From NCBI GenBank assembly GCA_023257795.1, contig JALRBL010000018.1, positions 1 through 42,112 of the forward strand: a stretch of DNA of 42,112 nt. Reading direction: 5' to 3'. Positions 10,365 to 18,983 of the stretch are shown here, piece after piece; the first letter of the stretch is position 1; each line of letters starts with the position of its first letter. The notes beneath the pieces were generated by a model. It saw nothing but the letters and a program-made list of their open reading frames with translations, had not been told where the DNA came from and searched no databases. The stretch comes from Gammaproteobacteria bacterium (lineage in GTDB: Bacteria; Pseudomonadota; Gammaproteobacteria; Magnimaribacterales; D2472). A program made the translations under genes and the position numbers.

Positions 10365-11696
10365 CTATATAAGTTGGAATATAAAAATTCCAAAAACTAG
10401 CACTGGTGAAATAAATCTAATAAAAAATTGCCAAAGCCTAAAAACAAATTCAGAACCCCCTAGCTCTGCCTTTGCTATCGAGGGATTCAATTTCCAACCA
10501 GCAAAAATTGCAACAAATAAACCTCCGAGAGGTAACAAAAATTGGTTGGCAAGCAGATCCATAGAATCCAAGAAATTTCTTGAACCAATAAAGGTATATT
10601 CACTCCAAACATTAAAACTCAGAAGACTCCCAAGCCCTATAAACCAGGCAATCCCAGCAAGCATAAATGAGGCAATGGGTCTTGAGAGAATATTTTTTTC
10701 TGCAAAATAGGCTACGCTAGGCTCTAGTAGTGAAATAGAGCTACTAAGAGCAGCAATAGATAACAATAAGAAAAACAAGCCACCAATAATATTGCCAAAG
10801 GGTAAATCAGCAAATATTGATAATAAGCTAATAAAAACTAAGCCGGGACCGCTATTTGGTTCAACGCCGTAAGCAAAAATAATTGGAAAAATTGCAAGTC
10901 CAGCAAGCATTGCAATTAGAGTATCAAGCCCAGCAACAATTGCTGAGGATTCATAGATTTCTTGATCTGGAGACATATAGGCTCCGTAACACATAATTGC
11001 ACCCATTCCCAAGCTTAAACTAAAAAATGCTTGTCCCATTGCGCTTAAATAGGTATTTGCGGTAACGGCAGAAAAGTCAGGAGAAAACAAAAAGCTAAAT
11101 GCTTGTGAAAAGTTACCATTGATGAATGCGTTAATAACCATAATGATCATTAAGATAAAGAGCATCGGCATAAGTAACTTAACCATTCTTTCGATACCTG
11201 AAATCACTCCTGCGGCAATTATCCAAGCAGTAATCAAAATAAATATTGTGTGCCAAAGCAAAAGCTGTAAAGGCGATGACGTAACTTGTTGAAATTTTGC
11301 TATGGAATCTATTTCTCCCTCCAAGCCAAGTGAAATAAAAATATAATTTAAGCAAATTCCAGCAAGAACACTATAAAAGCTTAAAATGACGACGCCTGCA
11401 ATCAGTCCGCCCCAACCAATTGCTTGCCAATTTGAAGAGCTTGCCGATTCAGTTGCCGCATCTTTCATTGTAGATACAGGACTGCCACGATATCTCTTGC
11501 CTAACATAATTTCAGAAATCATGATGGGCAAGCCTATGATTAAAATGCATCCCAAATAGATCAAGACAAATGCCCCTCCTCCATTTGTTCCAGCCTTGTA
11601 AGGAAATCCCCAAATATTTCCTAAACCAACTGCTGAGCCAGCAGCAGCTAAAATAAAAGTCCATTTACCTACCCAAGTTAAAGTTTCTTTATTCAT
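10365..11696 (-). CDS. Sodium-dependent transporter, NSS/SNF family (start probably ATG at 11696)
   Basis: AAAGSAVGLGNIWGFPY..G.NGGGAF, GQAFFSLSLG, GPGLVF. Confidence 0.92.
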   Translation of the reverse strand: MNKETLTWVGKWTFILAAAGSAVGLGNIWGFPYKAGTNGGGAFVLIYLGCILIIGLPIMISEIMLGKRYRGSPVSTMKDAATESASSSNWQAIGWGGLIAGVVILSFYSVLAGICLNYIFISLGLEGEIDSIAKFQQVTSSPLQLLLWHTIFILITAWIIAAGVISGIERMVKLLMPMLFILMIIMVINAFINGNFSQAFSFLFSPDFSAVTANTYLSAMGQAFFSLSLGMGAIMCYGAYMSPDQEIYESSAIVAGLDTLIAMLAGLAIFPIIFAYGVEPNSGPGLVFISLLSIFADLPFGNIIGGLFFLLLSIAALSSSISLLEPSVAYFAEKNILSRPIASFMLAGIAWFIGLGSLLSFNVWSEYTFIGSRNFLDSMDLLANQFLLPLGGLFVAIFAGWKLNPSIAKAELGGSEFVFRLWQFFIRFISPVLVFGIFIFQLI

Positions 11697-11698
11697 AA

Positions 11699-12106
11699 TT
11701 AGTAAGGGTTTAGTAGTGATGCTCCTGAAATAAGAATACATATTGTAAGCACATATGTAGCAATCTCTCTAGCCTTTTTATAGCGTGAATCTTGTTCAAG
11801 AAATTTAGCATTATATTTTTTTTCTAGCCACCATATGCAGTTAAGAATGAAAGCACCCATTAAATGTGCAATAAAAAAATTATTAATTACTATTACTAAG
11901 AATGCTAAAAATGATAGGGCTATTCCAATTATGGGATTACTGTTATGCCAACTCCATGAAATCCCAGCTAAGAAAGCACAAATAATTGCCACAAGGTTCA
12001 TTAAAAATTTAGCAGCATATTCAGGTTCAATTAAAGGCAACCATGGTAAAGCGGTAATAACTACGCAAACAGCCATTGCAGAATATATAAGATTAGTATG
12101 ATTCAT
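11699..12106 (-). CDS. Small integral membrane protein, possibly DUF3429-like (alternative TTG start at 12118)
   Basis: 4-5 hydrophobic segments; AIICAFLAGISW resembles the DUF3429 motif; stop 2 nt before the transporter start. Confidence 0.55.
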   Translation of the reverse strand: MNHTNLIYSAMAVCVVITALPWLPLIEPEYAAKFLMNLVAIICAFLAGISWSWHNSNPIIGIALSFLAFLVIVINNFFIAHLMGAFILNCIWWLEKKYNAKFLEQDSRYKKAREIATYVLTICILISGASLLNPY

Positions 12107-12135
12107 AATGCCAACCAAGATGTTAATATAATTTC

Positions 12136-12603
12136 ATGGCTAAGGCTAAATCTGATGACACAATCGCACTTAATAAAATAGCAAAAAGAAACTATTTTTT
12201 AGATGAAATTTTTCATGCTGGCATTGTTTTAAGAGGCTGGGAAGTAAAGAGTTTAAGACTTGGAAAAGTTGATATTAAAGACAGTTACGTAAATTTTAAA
12301 AACGATGAAGCATTCATAATAGGAATGAAAATAGATCCACCTCAGTCGCTGGACAGCGAAAGAGATCAATCTCTTAGGACAAAAAAACTACTGCTCCATA
12401 AAAAAGAGCTCCGCGAAATTAAATCAAAGATAGAGCAAAAGGGATTGACCTGTATCCTAACAAAAATTTTTATTAGTTCTAATTTGATAAAATGTGAAAT
12501 TGCTATTGGAAAAGGTAAAAAACAACATGACCAAAGAGAAACCATTAAGCAAAGGGACTGGTCTAGACAAAAAGATAGGCTGTTAAAAAATTCTCATAAA
12601 TAA
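12136..12603 (+). CDS. smpB: SsrA-binding protein
   Basis: AGIVLRGWEVKSLR, RTKKLLLHKKE, GKGKKQHD.RETIKQRDW. Confidence 0.97.
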   Translation: MAKAKSDDTIALNKIAKRNYFLDEIFHAGIVLRGWEVKSLRLGKVDIKDSYVNFKNDEAFIIGMKIDPPQSLDSERDQSLRTKKLLLHKKELREIKSKIEQKGLTCILTKIFISSNLIKCEIAIGKGKKQHDQRETIKQRDWSRQKDRLLKNSHK

Positions 12604-12631
12604 GTTTTTTCTATATAATTCATCACCCTTA

Positions 12632-12980
12632 GGGGGCGTATTGGGTTCGACATTTGAATTGGAAACCAAACCGCATGCCAAGATTGTGATAACTCTTGTA
12701 AATAAATATCTCAAAAAATTTAGTTGCAGATAACAACTACGCTTTAGCCGCTTAATTGGCTAACCGATATTAGAATTGTCCATGGTTCAAAGTATTGGTC
12801 GCATTCATGGACTGGCAGTATTTTTTTGCCTCAAAAAAAGACTGCGAGATTATTTTGTAGGCTAGCTTGAATCGCCCTGCTCCTCGGGCCGTGAAAGTTA
12901 AACATAAAGAGTAAGCTAAGCATGTAGAAGTAAAGCGGAAAATCAGATGGACGCGGGTTCAATTCCCGCCGCCTCCACCA
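12632..12980 (+). ncRNA. ssrA: tmRNA; tag peptide (A)ADNNYALAA encoded at 12726-12755
   Basis: 5' GGGGGCG pairs with 3' CGCCTCC-ACCA (G3-U70), T-arm GCGGGTTCAATTCCCGC, UAGUU before the GCA resume codon, TATAAT at 12614-12619, adjacent to smpB. Confidence 0.97.
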
Positions 12981-13002
12981 TGAAAAAAGCAATGTAAAGT
13001 TG

Positions 13003-13031
13003 TAGACATTGCGTATTAAGATAATTAAACT
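13003..13031 (+). promoter_or_regulatory. Putative sigma70 promoter of rpsT
   Basis: TAGACA-N17-TAAACT. Confidence 0.55.
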
Positions 13032-13041
13032 ACTGCAACTT

Positions 13042-13308
13042 ATGGCAAACTCAAAACAATCAATTAAAAGAGCAAAGCAAAATGACGCACGCTATGTGCT
13101 TAAGCATGCTCAAAGATCCAAAGCAAGAACTGCAGTCAAAGCTGTAAAAAATGCTATTACGGCAAAAGACACAGAGACTGCCAAAAAAGCTTTAATTCAA
13201 GCTGAAAAACTTTTAGATTCTACAGCGTCAAAAAAAGTCATCCACAAAAATAAAGCTGCCAGGCTGAAAAGCAGGCTAAGTAAAGCTGTAAAATCTCTTA
13301 GCGTTTAA
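13042..13308 (+). CDS. rpsT: 30S ribosomal protein S20 (start moved to ATG at 13042)
   Basis: MANSKQSIKRAKQ...IHKNKAARLKSRL. Confidence 0.97.
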   Translation: MANSKQSIKRAKQNDARYVLKHAQRSKARTAVKAVKNAITAKDTETAKKALIQAEKLLDSTASKKVIHKNKAARLKSRLSKAVKSLSV

Positions 13309-14300
13309 TTAAAAGAGCTATAAATCTTTTCTAAGAGTTTCTTAACTCCAAGTGACGTAACTGCTGAAATAGGATAAAGATTTCTTATATTAATCTTTGA
13401 TAATTCCAGCCCAAGTTCTTCAAGTAAAGGCTTTGAATCCTCAAAAATATCGCATTTATTGACAGCCACAAAGATATTTTTCTCCAAAAGAGATATGTCG
13501 TATTTTTTAAGCTCCTGATGAAGCTTTTTAAACTGTTGAACTGGAGATAATTCAGTATTTATTGGATCCAATAGAAAAAGTAAAGATTTGGTTCGAGAAA
13601 TGTGCTTAAGAAATCTTAAACCTAATCCCAAGCCTTCTGATGCGCCTTCAATAATACCTGGAATATCGGCAATAACCATGCTTCCATACCCCATTTTTAC
13701 AGTCCCCAGATTTGGACGCAGCGTAGTAAAAGGATAATCTCCAATTTTAGGTCTAGCGGCAGAAACAGCACTTAGAAATGTTGATTTTCCAGCATTTGGA
13801 AAGCCAACCAAACCAACATCTGCTAAGGATTGAAGCTCAAGTTTTATATAGAACAACTCTCCTTCTTCACCCTTAGTGGTCTTTCTTGGAGCTTGATTAG
13901 TGCTTGACTTGAAGCGTGCATTACCAAGACCCCCCTCCCCGCCTTTGGCTAAAGTATATTTTTTGTTAGGTTCGTTACAATCCTGAATCAGATTATTTGT
14001 GGCCTGATCTAAAATCAGTGTGCCCAATGGAATTTCAAGAATTAGATCGTTACCATCCGCACCAGTCTTATTTTTTCCAGCTCCTGGCCTACCATTTTGA
14101 GCTTGGAGAATTTTTTTATGATGGAATTCTATGAGGGTGTTTATGCTATCTTTAACATGAAAAATGATATCTCCACCACGACCGCCATCACCGCCATCAG
14201 GACCACCGCGTGGTATAAATTTCTCTCTTCTGAAACTAAGGCATCCTGAACCACCGTTGCCAGCTCTGATTTCAATCAGAGCCTCGTCGATGTAGTTCAT
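13305..14300 (-). CDS. obgE: GTPase ObgE/CgtA, short form
   Basis: FRREKFIPRGGPDGGDGGRGG, GFPNAGKST, DIPG, NKCD. Confidence 0.97.
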   Translation of the reverse strand: MNYIDEALIEIRAGNGGSGCLSFRREKFIPRGGPDGGDGGRGGDIIFHVKDSINTLIEFHHKKILQAQNGRPGAGKNKTGADGNDLILEIPLGTLILDQATNNLIQDCNEPNKKYTLAKGGEGGLGNARFKSSTNQAPRKTTKGEEGELFYIKLELQSLADVGLVGFPNAGKSTFLSAVSAARPKIGDYPFTTLRPNLGTVKMGYGSMVIADIPGIIEGASEGLGLGLRFLKHISRTKSLLFLLDPINTELSPVQQFKKLHQELKKYDISLLEKNIFVAVNKCDIFEDSKPLLEELGLELSKINIRNLYPISAVTSLGVKKLLEKIYSSFN

Positions 14301-14301
14301 T

Positions 14302-14559
14302 TTAAGCGGATAATACGTTTACGGTTTTTCTTTGATTTGGACCTTTGTAGGTGAAGCTCACAACACCATCTATTTTTGCGAACAAAGTATGATCTTTACC
14401 CATTCCAACATTTTCTCCTGGATGAGCATTAGTACCTCGTTGACGAATTAAGATTTCACCAGCTTTGACAGTCTGGCCGCCAAATCGCTTAACTCCCAAT
14501 CTTTTAGAATGAGAGTCTCTTCCATTCCTACTTGATCCACCAGCTTTCTTATGTGCCAT
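14302..14559 (-). CDS. rpmA: 50S ribosomal protein L27
   Basis: [16 protein letters not shown]. Confidence 0.99.
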   Translation of the reverse strand: MAHKKAGGSSRNGRDSHSKRLGVKRFGGQTVKAGEILIRQRGTNAHPGENVGMGKDHTLFAKIDGVVSFTYKGPNQRKTVNVLSA

Positions 14560-14563
14560 TTTA

Positions 14564-14878
14564 TTATCCTGCTGTAATCTCTGTTACCTGAACTTTATGA
14601 AATCTTTGACGATGCCCCTGAGTTCTCATGCTGTGTTTTCTTCTCTGAAATCTAAGAATGGTAATCTTATTACCTTTAGTTTCTTCGATAACTGTCGCTT
14701 TGACGCTAGCATTCTCAATAACCGGTTGACCGATGGAGACATTATCACCGTCTGAAACAAGTAAAACTTGATCAAAAACGACTTCATCGCCTGCATTTTT
14801 ATCTAGCAATTCAACTTCAAGGATTTGATCGATTTCAACCTTGTGTTGTTTGCCACCTGTTTTAATAACTGCGTACAT
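14564..14878 (-). CDS. rplU: 50S ribosomal protein L21
   Basis: [18 protein letters not shown]. Confidence 0.99.
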   Translation of the reverse strand: MYAVIKTGGKQHKVEIDQILEVELLDKNAGDEVVFDQVLLVSDGDNVSIGQPVIENASVKATVIEETKGNKITILRFQRRKHSMRTQGHRQRFHKVQVTEITAG

Positions 14879-14902
14879 AGTATTAAGAATTTGTGGGTGA
14901 GA

Positions 14903-14931
14903 AATATACGCTTATATCATTAAATTATCAA
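14903..14931 (-). promoter_or_regulatory. Putative sigma70 promoter of rplU-rpmA-obgE
   Basis: Minus strand TTGATA-N17-TATATT. Confidence 0.65.
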
Positions 14932-14961
14932 TACTTATGTATAATTTCAGCTTCTTTATAA

Positions 14962-15921
14962 ATGAATAATTTATTTTCTAATAAATCGCTTTCGGAACTA
15001 GATAAAGTATCTAGTTTTCTAAAAATGGATGTCTCGACTGAAAAGATAATTAAAAGTCTTTATAAATATATTTTTACCAAAGACGGAAAAAAGCTAAGGC
15101 CGTTAGTAAATTTATTATTCAGCAGGGGATATGGTGCGAAGAACCGTCTCGAATTAGCAACAATTATAGAGCTGTTACATGTGGCAACCCTTGTGCATGA
15201 TGATGTTGTTGATAAAGCTTTTTTAAGAAGGGGCAAACAAGCTGTTAACAAAGTATGGTCAAATTCACATAGCGTCTTAATAGGTGACTACATCTATTCA
15301 AAAGCTTTTATCAAAATGGTTGCCCTAAAAAGGCTAGATATATTGAAGGAGCTATCAAATGCCACTAATGACATCGCTAAAGGTGAACTTCTGCAATTGA
15401 CCCTATTTAATTCAAGGGATGTTGTTACAAAACAACAATGCTTAAAGGTTGCATATTATAAAACAGGAAGGTTATTTGAAGCTTCAGCTCTAACAGGAGC
15501 AATGTTAAGGTCAAGTCATAAAAACTTTTTAGCTCTCTCAAGCAAATTTGGTAAAGATTTAGGCATAGCTTTCCAGATCAAAGATGATCTACTCGATTTT
15601 AAAATACAAAGTAAATCAGGTAAGGAACAATTTAAAGATTTTGTAGAGGGAAAATATACTCTTCCACTGGTTCTAGCTCTTCAAAAAACATCACTCATAG
15701 AAAAAAAATTTTTAAATAGTAAATTTGGTAAAAAATTGTCAAAAGCAGATAAAGAAAAAATATATGACATTATGGATTCCTCAAAGGGAATTAGTAGTTG
15801 TGAAAATATCCTTAATGGATATGTAGCATCGGCACAAGAAGTTGTGAGTAAACTTGAAAAATCTATGGATTGTAATGATTTGAATCAGTTAATAAGCTAT
15901 TCTTCTCTTAGAACTATATGA
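14962..15921 (+). CDS. ispB: Polyprenyl (octaprenyl-type) diphosphate synthase
   Basis: GKKLRP, HDDVVD...[12 protein letters not shown]; divergent from rplU. Confidence 0.9.
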   Translation: MNNLFSNKSLSELDKVSSFLKMDVSTEKIIKSLYKYIFTKDGKKLRPLVNLLFSRGYGAKNRLELATIIELLHVATLVHDDVVDKAFLRRGKQAVNKVWSNSHSVLIGDYIYSKAFIKMVALKRLDILKELSNATNDIAKGELLQLTLFNSRDVVTKQQCLKVAYYKTGRLFEASALTGAMLRSSHKNFLALSSKFGKDLGIAFQIKDDLLDFKIQSKSGKEQFKDFVEGKYTLPLVLALQKTSLIEKKFLNSKFGKKLSKADKEKIYDIMDSSKGISSCENILNGYVASAQEVVSKLEKSMDCNDLNQLISYSSLRTI

Positions 15922-16436
15922 AATTCATACCCAAAGAAAATTACTCAAAGTCTGATCTAATAGCTTGCGCTAATGGCGCTCTCTTTGGAGAAGGAGCTGG
16001 AAGACTTCCATCTGATGGAATGCTAATGTTCGATAGAATATTATCAATAACTAAGGATGAGACAAAAAAAGGTCAAATAATTGCTGAGCTAGACATCAAT
16101 CCTGACTTGTGGTTCTTTGACTGCCACTTTAAGACTGACCCGGTTATGCCAGGATGTTTGGGTTTGGATGCTATGTGGCAATTAGTTGGCTTTTATTTAT
16201 GCTGGCTAGAGCTCCCCGGGAAAGGAAGAGCTTTGGGAGCAGATAAAGTAAAGTTTTTTGGACAAGTCTTGCCTGAAGCAAAATTAGTGCGTTATGAAAT
16301 TGAAATGCGCAGAGTAATCAACAGAGGGAAGCTTGTAATGGGAATCGGTAATGGAAATATGTTTGTTGACGGTAGACACGTATATAGTGCCGAAAGCTTG
16401 AGAGTAGGTTTGTTTGAAGATACGAGTGAATTTTAA
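15918..16436 (+). CDS. fabA: 3-hydroxydecanoyl-ACP dehydratase/isomerase
   Basis: [26 protein letters not shown]. Confidence 0.97.
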   Translation: MKFIPKENYSKSDLIACANGALFGEGAGRLPSDGMLMFDRILSITKDETKKGQIIAELDINPDLWFFDCHFKTDPVMPGCLGLDAMWQLVGFYLCWLELPGKGRALGADKVKFFGQVLPEAKLVRYEIEMRRVINRGKLVMGIGNGNMFVDGRHVYSAESLRVGLFEDTSEF

Positions 16437-17645
16437 ATGAAGAAAGCAGTGGTTACTGGAATGGGTGCAATTTCATGTATTGGAAACACTCTGAAAGAAA
16501 TCACACAAAATCTTAAACTTGGTAAATCAGGAATAATCAGAAATACATCCTACGATGGATTAGGAATGAGGAGCTTGGTCTCAGGATCTATCAACTTAAA
16601 GCTTGAAGATTTAATTGATAGAAAGCTTTTAAGATTTATGTCCAATGCTGCTGGATACTCCTATCTTGCAGCAAAGCAGGCCTTAGAGCATGCTGGACTT
16701 GGTGAGAATGATATTCAAAATCCAATGGTTGGAGTAATAGCTGGATCAGGGGGTGCCTCTCCAGTAGCTCAACTTGCTGCAGCAGATATAGCAAGAGAAA
16801 AAGGAGCTAAAAGAATTGGTCCTTATGCCGTAACAAAAACAATGGGGTCTACTGTATCTGCATGCCTTGGTACTGCCTTAAAAACCAAAGGAGTTAATTA
16901 CTCTATTACTTCTGCTTGCTCTACAAGCGCACACTGTATTGGACAAGCTGCAGAAATAATTCAACAAGGCAAACAAAATATCATCATTGCTGGAGGAGGA
17001 GAAGATGAACATTGGACGCTTTCAACTCTTTTTGATGCTATGGGGGCTCTTTCATCAAGATTTAATGATACTCCTGAGCTTGCTTCCAGACCTTTTGATG
17101 AAGAAAGAGATGGGTTTGTTATCTCTGGAGGCGCAGGCATCCTTATTATAGAAGAAGAGGAACACGCAAAAAGAAGAGGAGCTCAAATTCTTGCTGAAAT
17201 AACTGGATATTCTGCAAATTCTGATGGCTTTGATATGGTTTCTCCATCAGGCGAAGGTGCTGAAAGATGCATGAAGGCAGCGCTAAAACAACATGGAAAG
17301 AGCGTGGATTATATAAATGCTCATGGCACGAGCACACCAGTGGGAGATATTGCTGAATTAAATGCAATTACAAAAGTTTTTAGAGAAGCCAGTCCAATGA
17401 TTTCATCCACTAAATCTATGACGGGACACTCTTTAGGAGCCACTGGTGCTCAAGAGATTATTTATTCATTGCTAATGATGCAAGAAAAATTTATTGCGCC
17501 ATCAATTAATATCGAAAATGAGATAGCTGAAGCAAAAAATATTAATATTATTAAAGAAACAGTTGATAAAGAGATTTTGTCATTTATGAGTAATTCCTTT
17601 GGATTTGGTGGCACAAACGCAAGCTTGATTCTTCAAAAGTACTAG
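16437..17645 (+). CDS. fabB: Beta-ketoacyl-ACP synthase I
   Basis: SACSTSAHCIG, INAHGTSTPVGD, TGHSLGA, NSFGFGGTN. Confidence 0.96.
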   Translation: MKKAVVTGMGAISCIGNTLKEITQNLKLGKSGIIRNTSYDGLGMRSLVSGSINLKLEDLIDRKLLRFMSNAAGYSYLAAKQALEHAGLGENDIQNPMVGVIAGSGGASPVAQLAAADIAREKGAKRIGPYAVTKTMGSTVSACLGTALKTKGVNYSITSACSTSAHCIGQAAEIIQQGKQNIIIAGGGEDEHWTLSTLFDAMGALSSRFNDTPELASRPFDEERDGFVISGGAGILIIEEEEHAKRRGAQILAEITGYSANSDGFDMVSPSGEGAERCMKAALKQHGKSVDYINAHGTSTPVGDIAELNAITKVFREASPMISSTKSMTGHSLGATGAQEIIYSLLMMQEKFIAPSINIENEIAEAKNINIIKETVDKEILSFMSNSFGFGGTNASLILQKY

Positions 17646-18499
17646 TCCACATCCCAAGGATAGCAACTAGGCAAATCTGAACTCACTTTTCCTGGAAAAC
17701 TAGGCGATCTTTTCTCAAAAAATGCATTCACGCCCTCTAGAGCATCTGCAGATTTTGCTCTTTCTCGGATAATTATTGATTCCAACTCATGTGATTTTAT
17801 AGGGTCATTATCACCAAGTGCACTCCAAATAAGTTGTCTAGACATGGCAATAGAAACAGGCGCAGATCTAGCAGTAAGCTCTTGTGCAAAACTTATCACT
17901 TGAGCAATAAAATCTTTCTCATCAAAAATGTAGGAAATTAAATTAATATTTAATGCCTCCTCAGCTGAGATAATTTTTCCAGAGAAGCATAATTCCAAAG
18001 CTTTTGATGCTCCTACTATTTTGGGTAGAAACCAACTACTGCATGCATCATTTACGATGCCTCTATTTAAAAATACAAATCCAAAACGAGCATTGCTAGT
18101 TGCAATCCTAATATCTGCAGGCAATTGCATAGTTGCTCCTATCCCCACAGCAGGTCCATTGCAGGCAATAATTATAGGTTTAAGAAAACGATACATCCTC
18201 AGAGTTAAAGTGCCTCCAAAATCTTTTTGCTCTGCTTCGCTTATATTTTTACGAGATGATTTAAATGCATCCACCCCAGAGGACAAGTCTGCCCCTGCGC
18301 AAAATGCCCTCCCGTTACCAGTAATGATTACTGAATGAATAGAATCATCTCTTTCAAGATCATCTAACATACTTATCATGGTGTAGCCCATTCTGCTAGT
18401 AAAAGCATTGAGCTTATCTGGTCTATTTAACTTAATAAGGGCAATATTATTAAGTTTTTCAAGGATGACTTGTTCTTCTTTATCAGAAGGGGATGTCAT
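17642..18499 (-). CDS. Enoyl-CoA hydratase/isomerase (crotonase) family protein
   Basis: [32 protein letters not shown]. Confidence 0.92.
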   Translation of the reverse strand: MTSPSDKEEQVILEKLNNIALIKLNRPDKLNAFTSRMGYTMISMLDDLERDDSIHSVIITGNGRAFCAGADLSSGVDAFKSSRKNISEAEQKDFGGTLTLRMYRFLKPIIIACNGPAVGIGATMQLPADIRIATSNARFGFVFLNRGIVNDACSSWFLPKIVGASKALELCFSGKIISAEEALNINLISYIFDEKDFIAQVISFAQELTARSAPVSIAMSRQLIWSALGDNDPIKSHELESIIIRERAKSADALEGVNAFFEKRSPSFPGKVSSDLPSCYPWDVD

Positions 18500-18917
18500 C
18501 TTCGCTATATTGAGGCTCTTGATTTATGTCTTCTGCTGCTGGTGAATGAGGTTGCGAGTGACCTCCTCCCGCTTCTGAACCCCTTGAATCAAGCATAGTT
18601 AGATCGCTTCCTACTATTTCAGTTGTGTATCTGTCAGCACCTGATTGATCCTGCCATTTTCGTGTTTGAAGCTTCCCTTCAACGTATACTTTGGAACCCT
18701 TATCTAAATATTGCTCTGCAATTTCAGCAAGCTTTCCGAAATAGACAACCCTGTGCCATTCTGTTTTTTCTTTTTGTTCGCCTGTTTCTTTATCTTTCCA
18801 TGAATCTGAAGTCGCTAAAGAAAGATTGGCAACCGCCATGTTGGTTTGGGTATATCTTATTTCTGGTTTTTGACCTAAATTTCCAACTAAAATTACTTTG
18901 TTAATGCCTCTGCTCAT
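18483..18917 (-). CDS. ssb: Single-stranded DNA-binding protein
   Basis: [20 protein letters not shown]-terminal DDIPF. Confidence 0.98.
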   Translation of the reverse strand: MSRGINKVILVGNLGQKPEIRYTQTNMAVANLSLATSDSWKDKETGEQKEKTEWHRVVYFGKLAEIAEQYLDKGSKVYVEGKLQTRKWQDQSGADRYTTEIVGSDLTMLDSRGSEAGGGHSQPHSPAAEDINQEPQYSEDDIPF

Positions 18918-18983
18918 AAAAACCTCTTATAATCACATAGTGTAACCTGATTTATTTTTCCAGCGAAGGCTTACTTTAACTTA

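Noticed and set aside
12945-12980. tRNA-like T-arm and CCA end
   Set aside because: This is the 3' end of tmRNA, not a separate tRNA or an att duplication.
13305-14300. ObgE lacking its C-terminal tail
   Set aside because: Short Obg proteins are common in small genomes, and the GTPase core is intact.
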